Below are positions 12,011 to 23,900 of a DNA stretch of 64,000 nt, piece by piece. Every line of letters begins with the position of its first letter. Positions within the stretch are counted from its first letter, which is position 1. Source of the DNA: Cetorhinus maximus. Its lineage: Eukaryota. The notes under the pieces were generated by a model. That model saw only the letters and a program-made list of their open reading frames with translations, searched no databases and had not been told where the DNA came from. Position numbers and translations under genes: made by a program. The DNA lies in contig NW_027596599.1 of the NCBI RefSeq assembly GCF_964194155.1, positions 1-64,000 of the forward strand. Reading direction: 5' to 3'.

Positions 12011-12329
12011 CTCTAAGGACAGAATTTTAACAATGGAAGGAAGATTTCAGAAGGGGCAGGAGATTAAATACACAAATTGTCAGTCCTATAATGCTTGTAT
12101 TCCTTGGGTTCCTTGTATTGTTTGGGGGATTCCATAGTCACCCATGTGGGAGACATGGCAGATCCATCGAAGCTGAATTTTCTGCAGGGGGTGGTCTCCG
12201 TGCTGTTGAGATCAGCATAATGCAGGACCTCACTATGTGATTTTTTTTTTGTCCTGCTGTAACGTCTTCATGCTGGACCTCAGGTGTCTGGTGGAAGCCC
12301 CAAGCACACTGTTATGAAGCACCAGACCT

Positions 12330-12620
12330 AAACATTGATGGCATCAGTCTTGAGGTTGTAGAAAAATTCTCACACCTTAGTGAGCTCTTTAGGGATGATT
12401 ATATTGAAAATATAAGTGGACGCATCCAGAAAGCAAGTTCTGCCTACAGCTGGCTCCAGGATCATGTCTGGAAGCAGAATGGCATTAAGCTGAAGACTAA
12501 AATCAAACTCTACCTCACCTTTATCCTCACCGGCCTGCTGTATGGCACAGAATCCTGGCTGTGCCATAGGCACTGATCAAAGGTCTGGAAGGCTAGGATG
12601 CAATCAATGGTTCAAGAAAA
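12330..12620 (+). mobile_element. RTE-clade LINE ORF2 fragment
   Basis: RIQKASSAYSWLQDHVWKQNGIKLKTKIKLY...LLYGTESW. Confidence 0.75.
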
Positions 12621-13589
12621 TTCAGTTGCACCAGAATTAACTTTTCTACGTTGGCACCAGATTAAAAGTGCATACTTTGGTGCTGTGAGCTTTGGACAAT
12701 ATTACCCTCTAAATGAATAGATTATAACTATCAACCTTTCCATTATGGTTACTTCAATTATTTAATTATCTAATAATCCTACATGATTGTAAATTGAGCA
12801 ATTTAGACAATCTGATCAGTAGTGCCTGGATTGTATGAATTATATTATTCACTCCACAGTCTCCTTTGTGGAAAAGCAGTGTTTCTTTTGATATCCCCCC
12901 CGCCCTCCCAACCCTCGCTGCATTAAGTCAGCGGACAATGGAATGCCCTACAACCATGACGCCGATTTTCCTTTTCAGCGCCAGAGTATCGGAGCTTGGC
13001 TCACAAAGAACCCAGGGCAAATTCAAGTGCCTGTTGCCCGTGACTCAATTCTAATTCATGGACAGAAAATGGTGCCCAGATGTATAACAGATGCTCCCAA
13101 TGAATGAAGCTTTCTTAGTTGGCTGCTATTCTGACTGATTCTGTTTTGTATAAGCAGCTGTAGTTTCAGAAATTACATTACGGTCATCAGGAGTCAAAAT
13201 GTACTCTTTAAAGCGGATCTGTCACAATGTTGCTCACAGTGCATCAGATGATGTGCTGTTTTACAAGGACAATGTGTATTCTGCTGGTGAGATTAAGTTT
13301 TTAAACCACAGGATCTCCATAATAAATATACTGGGGATGAAGCAGACAGTACAAGTTGGGAACCAAAGATTTCTAGTGGATGTGACGTAATAGAGCTGCC
13401 CTTAATGAGGGTCAAGCTAATTCTTCTAATAGTTTGTGTTTTGTAACTTGAGTCAAAGAATATATATCATTTATTTAATGTAGCTGTCTTGAATATATAA
13501 AAGTGAGCCTTTCAACTAATGTGCACATTAGTCTGAAGCTCATGTACTTCCATGCTATCCATCGCAGGTAAAGAATGTGATCCATCAGA

Positions 13590-13680
13590 GCCAGCAGCCA
13601 GTGTACAAAAGATTGTAATTCCTGTGGTGGTGTTGTAGTGGTGCTGATAGTTTTCTTGGTCAATACACATTACAGCAAAT
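13590..13680 (+). pseudogene. Candidate degraded transmembrane exon of the IgSF gene
   Basis: cag acceptor, then KIVIPVVV / VVVLIVFLVNTHYSK with a frameshift, ending at a perfect gtaagt donor (13681). Confidence 0.3.
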
Positions 13681-16589
13681 GTAAGTATTGATGCAGTTAC
13701 AGGTTGCTTCAAAAGTGTTGTAATGGATACCAGGTGCTGTGGGAAGGAATTGTGACTGGGATTTTTCACTTCACTCACTCCTTGAGCCCACCAGGAGTAC
13801 ACATTGGGAATTCTGTACTTCTCGCGGCTAGCACATAACTATTTATCCACTCATTTTTACTGATTAGAGAAACATTCTGAGCTGTGAGTGTGGAATATAC
13901 TGATATTATTGCCTGGTTTGTGTCAGGGCTGCTAAAATGGGAAATCCTGGCAAAATTCTTCCTTCTAACATTTGTCTTTGGAATTTTGTTAAATGAATGA
14001 AAGGACTCTATTTAGTAACCTGGCAGTTTGACACATTGGAACTCTGATATAAGATGCTTGGTTATGGGTTGGCTGGATGAGCGTTTAAGGTCTGCAGTAT
14101 ATATTCTCATTTTGATCCAGTGCCACCTGGCTCATGTGTAAGTAGGCTCCACACTCCTTATGATCGGGAGTCTACCTTTACTGGCCAATATCTAGTCACA
14201 TTATAGTGTGGCCTGGGAGTCATAACAATGAAATCCATTTATTGAATGAACTATGTATTTAATTTTACACATGCCACCCACATCTGTTTCTTCAAACTTC
14301 TGAAAGACCAAATGATGACCACTCATGAGCGATGAAGCCAATTATAAACCAATGGGCTGGCTTGTCTTCCAAAGGAAATGTAGGCCAGAGAATTCTAAAC
14401 TGTTTTCAAATGCTCCTTATAACTTAGAAAATAAAGTATTTGCACTCTCCCTGTTATCAAGCTAAATGCACTTTTCTTACCAGTAACTTCTCTGAAGCTA
14501 GTTAAATGTAAAGTTTCCTGCTTGGTGTTTAGCTGTTCCTGGGACCTGCCTTTGTCTTGTTGATTGCAGCATTGACTTTAGATTGTAAAGTCAGTTTTTG
14601 TATATTTTTTTTGTGTGACTGGTTGATCTGCCGTGCTTTTTCTCCTTCCTACACTCACCTTCTTTTGACTGGCTCAACCCTGTTTGCTGTTTTATAAAAC
14701 GGACCTGAGACTACAGGACACTGTCTAATGTTTGGAAGGGGAACTCGAATGTAACATTCCTTTCTTTAGTGGGGGCAATAAAATAAGCAGATTAGTAATA
14801 TGGACAAGGATTCGCAGGAGCTGTTCAACTTTGGCATGCTGCATGGTAAAATTTGATAGACAAAATGTTTTGGGAGGGGGGAAGAATTGCAGACTGATAT
14901 TGTAATCATCTATTGAATGAAAACTTTTGTCAGTTCATTTTTTTTTTGCATCAATATAATTCATTGCATGTTCACATCAACGGGTAGAAAATGCAAACAT
15001 AATTGGACAAATGGATCCCAGGCAGTACATTCCAGTGCACATTGTCATGAACTTTAATGTGCTGTAAGTATTGTGATCAAATTTTAGTGACAAGTTAGAT
15101 ATGCAGCTGTTTTGCTCTGAACCTCTCTGTAAATAAATGTCCCTTTAGTTTTTGCATAGTGTAGTAAGAAATTGGAATTCTGTTTCATTTTGCTGTTCGA
15201 GAGTAATTAGTGTAAGAATGGGAACTACTGCAGTATCTGCTGTACTGAGCAAAATGCATGCATGTCACGGCGTGTTTGTTCTTAGAGAGAGACAAATGAA
15301 AGGGATTATTTCTCAAGTTCTGTTCAATATCTAAAAGGGAAATGAAATAAAACTATCTCTCTCAAACAGAGTGTTAAATATTCAAAGGTATAGAGATAAT
15401 TTAAAGTGTATTTAATACCATATATTTAGTGCTTCTGATAAAATGCATATTCAACAGGGTGATAACATGGTTCACAAAAAGAAAAACTTGGCCATAAGTT
15501 TTTTCTTGTCTGAAAGAAAACTTGTGAAGCATAAAGTGAAGAGAAAACTCAAAAAATATCACCTAGTGTTAAATTGTTTTTAATTATTGTGAAAAAAATC
15601 AAATTTTTCTTCAGCTGTTTGCAAACATTTTGATTCCATTTTGTCTTTTTTTTTCTATAGGAGCTGAATGTCCCATCCTTTAAATCCAGGAGCACTGTTC
15701 CATTGAATGCCTTAAATCTGGGAGTATGACTGCCATTGAGGAGCCATCTTATATTTGACTTTGAATACGGGTGAACAATGAGCTTCCAATACAATTTTCC
15801 CTCGTTCTCAATGAGTGCAGAACATGGATCAAAATCAGTTTTTAAGGCTGTTTTTGATTTTCAGCGGCCACGTTTTCAACCTCACTAACCTGTTTACTAT
15901 GTGATTGTGTCACTTAATGTTGTCTTCTGTATTTGTGTAGACTTTTTTAGCTTCCTTCTTTAGCTAAATAAGAGCAGAGATATTGCATTTATAGTGTATA
16001 TTATATTTGTATATTATGATATTTGTAAATTAAATATTTTAACCTCTTGGGAGTGTTGCGATAGGTCACCGGGTCAGTGGCCAGGTTTCGGAGGAAGTTA
16101 GTTTCGGGGAGTCAGCCTACAAGGGTCAGAGACAGGACAGGAGCAGGTCCCAGTTAAGTTTAAAAAAGCATGGAAAGGGCTGCCAGTTAGCAGACTTTGA
16201 GAGAATCGCAGAAGATCCAAGAAGCAGCACGCAGCCACAGTACTGCTGTTGGCTCTGAGGAGCTGAGTCGGGAACGAGTGAAGCCCTGGGAGCTATTCGG
16301 CAGCCCGTGCAGTTGGGGCTAAGAGTAAGCCATAATGTGGCGAAGTGGGGGTGGTGGTGGTGTTTGCTGGTTCTGTGCCGCTGAGGCAGAATTCGGGTTT
16401 GGAAGACAACTCTGCTACCAAGCACACTTACAGTTAAAGGTTAGGTGAGGATAGAAGTAAAATGTCTCTTTAAGACAGATTAATGAAGGGGTAGTTCCTT
16501 TATGGGTAAGTAATAAACATTTATGTAATCTTGCACTGCGCAAGGATTACATATATAGAATGAATGTTTAATGTATAGTAAATAATAAT

Positions 16590-17271
16590 ATGCTAATAGG
16601 CATTGTCTTAGTGATACCTGTTATACCTATGTCAACACCTGGCAGGACATTACATAGAGTAGAAAATATTGGGGTGATACGGGGGGATAATTATATGAGG
16701 TACCATGACATTCCACAATATGCAGTAGACATCGTTAGCACCACATTAGAAGAGTGTAAGATAGCACACTCAATATATGAGACAGATGAAGCTAAGTGCC
16801 GATTTAAAGCAGCAACAACTTGTACAATGGAAACTATTGTATCACCACGTGGCAGCAAAAGATCCAGCATGGGAGCAACCGGATATGCCCCATCCACACA
16901 CATTCAATGTGCCTACAACCGCAGGTGCCAGCAAGGGTAGGAAAGGTGGAACTGACCGAAATATACAAGAGATGGAAAGTCTTAGGGAGAACCTGACACA
17001 GTATTTGAACCAGTTCTCCTATGAAATTCCTTTACTTCCAGAGCACTTGACTGCGAATCGGAGACAGACTCAACAAATGAAAAGGACTTACTATACACTG
17101 CAGCAACAGGTTAGAGCCTTAAAAGGTGTTGATCGAATAGATTTTTCCACATGGTGGCCCGATATGTGGAATTGGGGCATAAATGTACACACACCCATGG
17201 ATTATCTCCCATGCTCTGGTTGTGATTCAGCTGATACTAATTATATATTTTTCTTTTATCTATATATTTAA
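16590..17271 (+). mobile_element. Frameshifted env-like gene of an LTR retroelement or ERV
   Basis: Hydrophobic N-terminus MLIGIVLVIPVIP, heptad-like segments, W-rich STWWPDMWNWG, then TM-like HALVVIQLILIIYFLLSIYL in a shifted frame; lies upstream of a PPT and LTR. Confidence 0.55.
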
Positions 17272-17521
17272 CATACTTGATTCAGCGTACCTGAAGGTGG
17301 CAAAAGAGGTGGTGCTGCGGGAGTTTTAGAAGGAGGAGAAGAAATTTAGTGAGCCAGAGGCCTGAATTGAAGGGTCAGATGATACAGGTGGTCTGACGGT
17401 ACCTTTTACAACCCAAAGCTGGATGACTGGCCAGCATCAATGGGTGGCGGTGTGTGAAGAGGGCGGACAGTACCACTATAGTTGGCTACCTTGGGCTAGG
17501 CCAAGGGCCAAAAGGGGGAAC

Positions 17522-18053
17522 TGTTAGGGGGAAGAAAATAATTAAGAATTTATGGTAAGGGAGAATTTATTGAAAGGGAGTGAATTACTTAAAATCTCCA
17601 GGTAGCCAGTGCTACCAAGCACATTAACAGTTAAAGGTTACCAGATGAACCTTGCACAGCCTTAGGGCCTGCAAACAACAGAAAGGCCTTGGGAGCTGGA
17701 CTGGAGTCAGAGGATGACAATAACAACTAAGGTTAAGTGTGCTCTTCAACAGATAGGGGAAGAGCAAATGGTCCTCGTTTAGGGAGGAGGGAAGGTCTCT
17801 GCCTGGGTGAAAAATAGGGACATACGATGCATGTGCCTGTTACTAGAGATGTCTGTTTAATGTAAACCTATATCTTGATGAGATCGGTAACTGGAAACGT
17901 TCTTCTACGTGATCAATAATGGATAAATATGTTATTTAGCAGAGTGCTATCTCAAGCTGCATTGAGATGGTTCTCTCCTTGCAATTGCTTGAATAAACGA
18001 TCGTGACCTGTACCTGAGATTCCCATGGTCCGTTTGTCAAAGTGACCACAACA
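17522..18053 (+). mobile_element. LTR (532 bp)
   Basis: tgtt...aaca termini; preceded by PPT aaaagggggaa (17510-17520); AATAAA at 17992-17997; followed by tt and PBS-like tggtgagtcatcc. Confidence 0.72.
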
Positions 18054-18149
18054 TTTGGTGAGTCATCCTTCTGTCTGGTTAGCTTGCTTTCTGTGGAAGG
18101 AGCCAATTGGAAAATATAAAGGTATTGTCTCAGAGTTAGCTCATCAATC

Positions 18150-18760
18150 CTGTGCACATACAGTGCAGTGGCAGATCAGTGCTGCTTGTATCCTGCTGGA
18201 TGTGGAGCAAAGGTGTGTAAAATAGAGTTGAGGTACGGCCAGGAGTCTGATTGCCTCAGCATGCTGCCTTCAATGCAGCTGCAGTGGAGCAGAGACCATT
18301 GCCCACTTCCACCTTAATGTGCCTTTGCGATGCATGTCTGGGAAGAGATGCAGTGGTTTTAGGTTCATCTCAAGCAGCTCTGTAACGCAGGATTCAGTGT
18401 TCTAAAAGCAGTTCCTATGGACACAGATTGAGATAAATATCAGCTGCTGCTGGAGGACCATCAACTTGAGGAAAGACATACTTTGGTCTTCCCAAAACTG
18501 GCTGCGCTTCCAGTACAAAGAGCTACCTTTGACCGAGTGTTGCGACTGGCACATTACAAGATCCTGGACGACATCTTGAGGGATGCAGCAAAGCTTGAGG
18601 CAGCTGCCACAAAGCCTCAATGGTGGAAAGGCACTGTCTAAGGCTTTCTACCACAGTCTGCTGAGGGTCTGGAACCAATGTAAACCCTCTCAGATGTATG
18701 CAGAGAATGGCATGAAATGTGAATTTGTCAGGTGATGATCCCATTGCACAGAACTGTAGG
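18150..18760 (-). mobile_element. Degraded LINE remnant, possibly the L1/Tx1 3' region
   Basis: Fragmentary ORF2 C-terminal-like wording only. Confidence 0.3.
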
Positions 18761-19439
18761 ACTCATCTCACTTAGTTTAACAGCCCCAGCTTCTTTAATC
18801 TATCCATGTAACTGAAGTTCCTCAACCCTGGAACCATTCTCATGATTCTTTTCTGAATTTTCGCTTAACGCATTTGTCATCATTGGCATCCTTCCATCAG
18901 TGTAAGATGATGGGCATGCAGCAGATCAGTTGGAGATGGGATAGTGCACTTTTGCTGATGGCTGAACAGACCACTCCGTGAGAGGCAGATTTTGCCACAA
19001 GTGTTCCAACATGAAGTGCTCATTCTGGGTTATTGTTTTTGGTGTTGGGACTTGTTGCCAAGCCACTGTGGCCACTCATCATGGTAGCGCACACTGGTCC
19101 ACAAATAATGTTGTATAACTAACCTGCAGTATGTAACATGTCAAATGTAGCAAAATGCTGGGAGTCTGGAATTAAAAACAGGAAAATCTTGGACACTTTC
19201 ATCAGGTTAGCATCTGTGGGGAAATGAGCAGTTCAGGCCAATGACCATTGATGAGAACACAGATGTAACTTTGGTGAGGATAGAAGTAAAATATATTTGA
19301 GTGTGTAAATTGTGAGAGCTGTAAGTGGAGACTATAATTGCTATTACCTCATTGTAAACGAGAGCAGAGAGAAGACTGAAGACAGTTAGAGCCAGGAAAC
19401 AGCTAGAAGGGACACGAGTGTGTGTGGTTTCTAAACCAA

Positions 19440-20620
19440 TAAATTTCTCTATCTTCATTAATCTTCCATCTTTTCAAGTTCTATTTCTGACTCTTTCCTC
19501 ATTCTGTTCACACCAGTTCTCAGAATCTCAGAATAATATTTGAGGATTGCTGTGCAGCACATTGTTCAGAGGTGGTGTGACATCTGTGCTGCATGCTTCC
19601 ACCATACCTTCTGTTCTTCTTTCCCCCTTTCCATGTCGAGGTATGCTTTACATACCTGTGAAGTGGTTTGGTTAGTTATTTTCCTGGGGAGGTTATTCCA
19701 GTCTTTTATGGTATTTGAAATGAAGCTGTTCAGATATGATTGTGTGTAACATTGGAGAGGCTGGTGTTGGTGTTTTTACTCTTGCAGTGGATTACTTGTT
19801 TAACACATGGTGGAATATCAATAGCAACTTCATGGTGAGCTGCTTTGTTGAACAGTGTAAGCCTACTCCGCTGTCTTCATTGTCATGTAGGCCTCTCCAG
19901 AGAGTTCATCATAGACATAACACTGGATGTCCAAGCATAGTAATTGAAGACAAACCGTTCTGTCAGACTATTTCCAGTTTGTTTCCAAGGTGGGTTTGGT
20001 AGGGGTCCCAGACTGTTGCTGCATACTCCAGTTTGATATTGTACCAAAAGCCTTGACTTATGTTACATTTGGTTAGATTTCTCCTTAAAGATCCAAGGAT
20101 TTTGTTTGTATCATTTACAGCATGTTTTATGTGGTAACTTGAGGAACAGCACCTCATCTTTCAACTTGGCACTCTTCAGCATCTTGACTCAACATTGACT
20201 TCAGCACCTTTAGATCATCGTGTTCTGTTTTGCTTTGCTGGGTTGGTCTTGTCTCTTTATCCCTTCATGTTGCACTCAGATGGTTGCTATGTAGCCATTC
20301 ATGCCTTATTATATATCTGTTTCATTACTATAAAATAATAAGTATTATATTTGTTTGTCAGTGGTAACACACTCTGGCTGTTGCATCATGAAATCTTCTG
20401 ATATTTAATCTTTCCTGCCCTCCACCCAATCACAGACCTTCCTTTTTGTTCTTCCTACCCTTTCTCAGTTTTCACTGGCTTAAAAATTCCTACATTTCTA
20501 TCTTTCTAAAGTTCTGATGAAAACTCATCTCTGCCTGAAACATTAACTCAGACTGACCTGAGTTTTTTCAGCATTTTTTTTTTTGTTTTTCACTTCAGAC
20601 CTCCAGAATCTGCTGTATTT
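19440..20620. mobile_element. Second copy of the LINE(-)/Penelope(+) composite, with hairpin and hammerhead tail
   Basis: Collinear with about 5090-5788 plus 6090-6250; KILGSLRRNLTKC..LEYAATVWDPYQ; ctgatga...gaaac at 20514-20541. Confidence 0.75.
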
Positions 20621-20689
20621 TGACTTTTCTTTAATGGTTAACCATATGGTTAAATAAATGGTTTATGTGGTGATGTCCTGCCATTTGTC

Positions 20690-21150
20690 AGCAAAATACA
20701 AGCTCATTTTTCTGGCTGTAAGATCTCATTAGGTTATCTTTAATATTGCCACTCCTCTTCCTTTTCTATCTTTTCTGAACATTTCGTATCCAGGAATATT
20801 TAATCCCCAGGTCTGCCTTTCTTTGAGCCAGGTCTCTGTTATAGTCACAATATCATATTTCCACATGGCAATCTGGGACTATAGCTCACCAATCTTATTT
20901 ACCACAGGCCGTGCATTTACGTACATGCACAGCAGCCCTAATTTAGACTTCATTAATTTCTCCCATACTCTGAACCCACTTAATCTTCCACTATTTCCCC
21001 TTAGTCCACTCATAACAAATATCGAACTATTCCCCTCTCCAGAACTCGCCTAGTGTCTAACTTTACACACCCCGTTCCTTTTTTTCCCCATATGTGCTGG
21101 TGCCTATCCCCAGCGAATTTAGCTTAACCATCACCAGCCACACTAGGGAA
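20690..21150 (-). mobile_element. CR1 endonuclease N-terminal fragment
   Basis: Reverse complement reads MYVNARPVVNKIGEL..QIAMWKYDIVTITETWLKE. Confidence 0.75.
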
Positions 21151-21527
21151 GCGATTGTATTTGACATGAAGGATTGACTTGAGGAGTTCACCTGACATGC
21201 ATCATAAACTCTCCTTTTTTTGTTTCATCATATTCTTTGTCTCCAACCACATCCACTAATTGGCCACTTGTGGAGCTCAATAAGCCTGAAGGTGCCGGGG
21301 CCATCCAACGCCTTCCCCACCCGCTTTGTAAAATTTCAGACAGGTTGGGTGTGGGCGGGTAAGTGGAGTGAAGCCAGCCCCGCTGGATATTACCCCAGCC
21401 TTTAAAATAATTTATGGGGGAGAATAAAATCCAGCCAGTGAGGTTCTACAAGAGATATCCTACAAGAGGCAGCCAATCTGCAACAGTAATTTTACATCCG
21501 GGTAGCAAATTGAAAATCAACCCCATA

Positions 21528-21655
21528 GGCCGGGATTTTGCAGCGCCGTCGTGGTGGGACCGGCCGTGGGAGATTCAGCGGCCCAGCCAAAAACCCATTG
21601 ACTTTCAGCAGGGACGGACTATCCCAGTGGTGGGTAGGGCCAATAAATCTCACCC
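21528..21655. mobile_element. Harbinger-type MITE
   Basis: Terminal inverted repeats ggccgggattt...aaatctcaccc with internal self-complementarity. Confidence 0.6.
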
Positions 21656-21749
21656 ATCGTCTTTCATATTTGGCCTAACAAAACCTTTAATCATCTTACA
21701 AAGACTCCAAGCTAAGCCAAATTCTGACCATCTACCATCTAGATAAGCT

Positions 21750-22665
21750 TCTTTTCATTTATTCATTGGATATGGACATCACTGGTTCGGGCAATGCTTA
21801 TTGCCCATTCCTAATTGCACTTCAGAAGGTGGCGGTGAGTCAACTTTTTGAAGCACTGCAGTACATGTGGTGTAGGTACACCCACGGTGCTCTTCGGGAG
21901 GGAGTCCCAGGAATTTGAACCAGCAACGGTTAAGGAACAGCGATATCGTTCCAAGACAGGTTGGTGAGTGAGTTGGAAGGGAATTTGCAGGTTCCCACGC
22001 ATCTACTGCCCCTGTCCTTCTGGGTGGTAGAGGTCGTGGGTTTGGAAGGTGCTTTTGAAGGAGCCTTGGTGAGTTACTGAAGTGCATCTTGTAGATGGTA
22101 CACACTACTGCACTAGTGTGTCGGTGGTGGATGGGGTGCCAATCAAATGGGCCACTTTGTCCTTGATGGTGTTGAGCTTCTTGAGTGTTGTTGGAGCTTA
22201 TCCAGGCAAATGGAGCGTATTCCATCACACTCCTGGCTTGTGACTTGTAGATGGTGGACAGGCTTTGCGGAGTCAGGAATTGAGTTACTCGCTGCAGGAT
22301 ACCCAGCCTCTGTCCTGTTCTTGTAGCTGCTACTCCAGTTCAGTTTCTGGCCAATGCTAATCCACAGGATGTTGACAGTGAGGGATTAAGTAATGGTAAT
22401 GCCATTGAATGTCAAGAGGAGATGTTTAGATTGTGTCTCGTTGGAGATTGTCATTGCCTGATACTTGTGTGGCATGAGTATTACCTGCCACTTATCAGGC
22501 CAAGCCTGAATGTTGTCCAGTCTTGCTGAAAGTGGACATGAACTACTTCAGTATCTGAGAAATCACAAATGGTGTTGAACATTGTACAATCATCAGTGAA
22601 CAACCCCACTTCTGACCTTATGATGGAAGGAAAGTCATTGATGAAGCAGCTGAAGATGGGATCCA
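21750..22665 (-). mobile_element. CR1/L2-clade LINE 3' portion
   Basis: FINDFPSIIRSEVGLFTDDCTMF, MEYAPFAW. Confidence 0.9.
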
Positions 22666-22769
22666 GCATCAGTCCAACTCGAGGGCAGGATTTTCACCTT
22701 CCGAGGTCCTTGATCCCATGGGAGGCCCTACGCTTACAATTGCCTGAGTGTACTTGAACTACTACTGTG

Positions 22770-23900
22770 TATAAACATACAGATTAGAAGAAGGCCATTC
22801 GACCCCTCGAGCCTTCTCTTTCATTCGATAAGATCATGGCTGATCTGATTGTGACCTCAACTTCACATTCCAGCTACTCCTGATAACCTTTGACTCCCTT
22901 GTTACTCAAGAATCTATCTACTTCTGCCTTAAAAATATTCAATGCCCCTGTCCCTACTGCTCTCTGGTGAAGGGAATTCCACAGACTCAGGACCCTCTTG
23001 AGAGAAAAAAACTTCTCATCTCCATTTTAAATGGGAAACCCCTTTAGTATTAAATTGTGTCCTCGAGCTCTAGTCTCTCTCAAAAGGGGAAAAACCCTCT
23101 CAGCATCCACTCTGTGAAGGCCTCTCAGGACCTTATATCAGGTGATCAACAAGATCACATCTCATTCTTCTAAATTCCAGTAAATATAGACCCAACCTGT
23201 CCAACCTTTCCTAAGATAACCCCTTGATCCCATAAATCAGTCGAGTGAACCTAATGCAATTATGCCCTTGCTTAAATAAGGAGACCAAAACTACACGGTA
23301 CTCTAGGTGTGGTCTCACTGACACTCTGTACAACTGTAGCAAAATATTCGTCTATTTCCCTTGCAATAAATACCAACGTTCCATCTGCCTTCCTATTCAT
23401 TTGCTGTACTTCCACAACAACCTTTTGTGATTCAAGTACCAGACACCCCACTTTCTTTGTACATCACAGCTCTGTAATCTCTCTCTATTTCATTAATTTG
23501 CTGCTTTTGTATTCTTCCTGCCAAAGTTGTCAAGTTCACATTTTCCCACAATATACTCCATCTGCCATTTTTTTTGCCCACTCACTTAACCTATCTATAT
23601 CCCTTTTCAGAATCATTATGTTCTCTTCGCAACTTACTTTCCGATCTATCTTTGTGTCATCAGCAAATTTAGCAACCGTACATTTGGTCCCTCCATTAAA
23701 GACATTGATGTAGATTGTAAATGGTTGAGGCCCCAGCCCTGATCCCTGTGACATTCCACTAGTTACATCTTGCCAACCCAAAGATGACCAATTTATGCCT
23801 GCTCTCTGCATCCTGTAAACTAATCAGTCCTCTATCCGTGCTAATGCATTACCCTGTACACCATGACCTCTTGTATGGTAAACTTTTGATGTGGTGTGAG
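22770..23900 (-). mobile_element. CR1 LINE RT to 3' end
   Basis: VTSGMSQGSGLGPQPFTIYIN...KFADDTKI. Confidence 0.92.
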
